64,000 nt of DNA, from NCBI GenBank assembly GCA_951406725.2, contig OX597818.1, positions 100,874,001 through 100,938,000 on the forward strand, in the 5' to 3' direction. The stretch comes from Octopus vulgaris. Taxonomy: Eukaryota. The notes under the pieces were generated by a model. It made no database searches and was not told where the DNA came from. It was given only the letters and a program-made list of their open reading frames with translations. Positions 61,989-64,000 of this stretch are shown piece after piece. A program made the position numbers and the translations under genes. The number at the start of each line of letters is the position of its first letter. The stretch's first letter is position 1.

Positions 61989-63864
61989 CGCCAGCGGGAG
62001 AACGACACGCAATTCCGTCCGGTAAAGCGAACGACTGGAGGCCCCGGGGACGTTGACGGCCTCGATCTACTCTCGAACTCGGAACGGGCGAAACGGGCCG
62101 CTCCTCTCCCGATCGGAGGCGGCCGCCGTTATGCGACGACGAATGCACGGTGCCAAGTGGGCCACTTTTGGTAAGCAGAACTGGTGATGTGGGATGAACC
62201 GAACGTCCGGCTAAGGTGCCCTACGCTTCGCCCATTAGATCCCCGAAAGGGTGTCGGTCGATATAGACAGCAGGACGGTGGCCACGGAAGTCGGAATCCG
62301 CTCAGGAGTGTGTAACAACTTACCTGCCGAATCGACCGGCCCCGAAAATGGATGGCGCTGGAGCGAGCGACCGATGCCGGACCGGCCGGGCGACAGGTTG
62401 CGCGATCGCCGGCGAGGCGACTTTCCGATGCCCGGTCGAGTAGGAGGGCGCCGCGGCGTGCATGGAAGCCGCGGGCGCGAGCCCGGGTGAAGCCGACCGC
62501 GGGTGCAGATCTCGGTGGTAGTAGCAAATATTCGAACGAGACCTTCGAAGACCGAAGTGGAGAAGGGTTCCGTGCCAACGGCGGTCGAGCACGGGTCAGT
62601 CGGTCCTAAGAAGCGGGCGAAAGCTTCCACGAAAGGCGCCGGATCCGTCGTTAGAACAAGAACTACTTCCTCAGTTCCTTTATAGTACGCGGCCGGCCTC
62701 GCATCGAAAGGGAATCGGGTTAATATTCCCGAACCCGAACTCGGAGAGTGCCCGTCCGTCGGCGGGAACGCGGCGTGCTCTTCCTAGCAGCGCGTCCGTC
62801 GTCGAAGCCGGCGGCCGGGCGAAGCAGCGGCAACGCAAGCGAGCCCGGAGACGTTGCCGGGAGCCCCGGGAAGAGTTCTCTCTTCTTCGTAAAGGACCGC
62901 GTCCGTGGAATCGGCTCGTCCGGAGATACGGATATGGTACCTGTAGAGCGCCGCGTCTCGGGCGGCGTCCGGTGCGCTCTCGGCGGCCCTGGAAAATCCG
63001 GGTCCGTAACGAATCGCAGCTCTCGAGTCGGTCCGTACCCACCATCCGCAGCAGGTCTCCAAGGTGTACAGCCTCTCGTCGATAGCGCCAATGTAGGTAA
63101 GGGAAGTCGGCAAAATGGATCCGTACCTTCGGAAGAAGGATTGGCTCCGAGGACCGGGTCGGTCGGGCCGTGTGTGTCGCCTCGCTCCCGCGCGGCCGCG
63201 TCGCCGTTCGCTCGGCGTCGCGCCGCCGGGCGCCGGAACACGTCTTCACGCGAAGCGGCGGACCGGTACGGGGCTGTAGCGTTGGCGTCGGACTCGGCAT
63301 CCCGGTGCGCTCCATTTTTCCGGCGGTCGTCGCAGCGTCGGCGGGCAACCCGCCGCGCGCCGGTGCGCGGTCGCGCCTTCGGTCAACGCGGGTCGGCTTC
63401 TACGCGCGCGTTCTCTCCTTCCGCTGCGCTGCGTTCCGTCGCGTGTCGCCGCCTACGGACCTCCCGGTCCGGAAAGCGCGCGCGCGGCCGGGGCGTCGTC
63501 GCGGTTGTCGGATCCGCGCGCGCGGCCTTCTCGTGCGTCGGCGTACCGCGCCTCCCGGCGCGTGCGCGGGCCGTCGTTCGTTGCGGTGGCTCGGTTTCAT
63601 ACGGGGCGCCCGGGGCGTAGTGGGCGCGAACAAAACGGCTCCACACCCGGGACGCCGTGGAGCGACACGGCTTCGGGCTCGCCGTCGCGTCGGTGCGCGC
63701 GCGGCTCGGCCCCGCAAGGGGTCGCGGTCGTCGTCGCGCACCGCGACGCGCGGCAGGCGTTCGGCCGGCGGCGAACGGTCGACTCGGAACTGGTACGGAC
63801 CGGGGGAATCCGACTGTCTAATTAAAACAGAGCATCGCGTAGCCGGCCGAGCCGCACAGACGCG

Positions 63865-63896
<32 letters not shown>

Positions 63897-63912
63897 AGTG
63901 AAGAAATTCAAC

Positions 63913-63950
<38 letters not shown>
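60588..63950 (+). rRNA. 28S: 28S rRNA, 5' part, ending at the R2 target site
   Basis: ACCCGCCGAACTTAAGCATAT, ACCCGTCTTGAAACACGGACC and GGGAGTAACTATGACTCTCT, then an abrupt end with TAAGG missing. Confidence 0.96.
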
Positions 63951-63964
63951 GCGGTGCGGTCATG
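63951..63964 (+). mobile_element. 14-nt stub of a 5'-truncated R2 insertion
   Basis: TCT-GCGGTGCGGTCATG (63948-63964) is identical to R2 ORF positions 43435-43451. Confidence 0.78.
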
Positions 63965-64000
63965 ATTAAAACTGTAGATGATTAAAAAATTTCACAGAAA

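Noticed and set aside
49131-63963. Many Arg/Ala/Pro-rich ORFs across IGS, ETS, ITS and rRNA genes
   Set aside because: Expected by-product of high GC content and repeats; they overlap rRNA or spacer sequence.
40788-63964. RNA-mediated 3' transduction of the whole unit by R2
   Set aside because: Would need a 23-kb cDNA through the IGS, and the right end stops inside an R2 ORF rather than at an R2 3' UTR; a DNA-level event is simpler.

Overview
Eukaryotic DNA, inferred to be octopod cephalopod from the repeat types and the hugely expanded GC-rich 18S. No intact host protein gene was found. Bases 1-40.8 kb are AT-rich and full of microsatellites and decayed mobile elements: R4/Dong-like LINEs in (TAA)n, a CR1-like fragment, Gypsy, Tc1/mariner, hAT and foldback MITEs, Helitrons, tRNA-derived SINEs and Penelope-type remnants. 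This part includes a nearly homogeneous 4 x ~484-bp array with a type I hammerhead fold in every unit. From ~40.79 kb to 63.96 kb lies one GC-rich rDNA unit that begins and ends in R2 sequence. In order it contains: an intact 3-zinc-finger R2 with an HDV-like 5' ribozyme that has lost its 28S-supplied P1 strand; the 3' part of 28S with the R1 target deleted; an IGS whose first part is built from degenerate, amplified copies of the 28S R2/R1 target region; spacer-promoter repeats; 5'ETS; a 2.6-kb 18S; a repeat-expanded ITS1; 5.8S; ITS2; and 28S up to the R2 site, followed by a 14-nt R2 stub and AT-rich DNA again. All alignments and RNA folds were done by eye and need computational confirmation.
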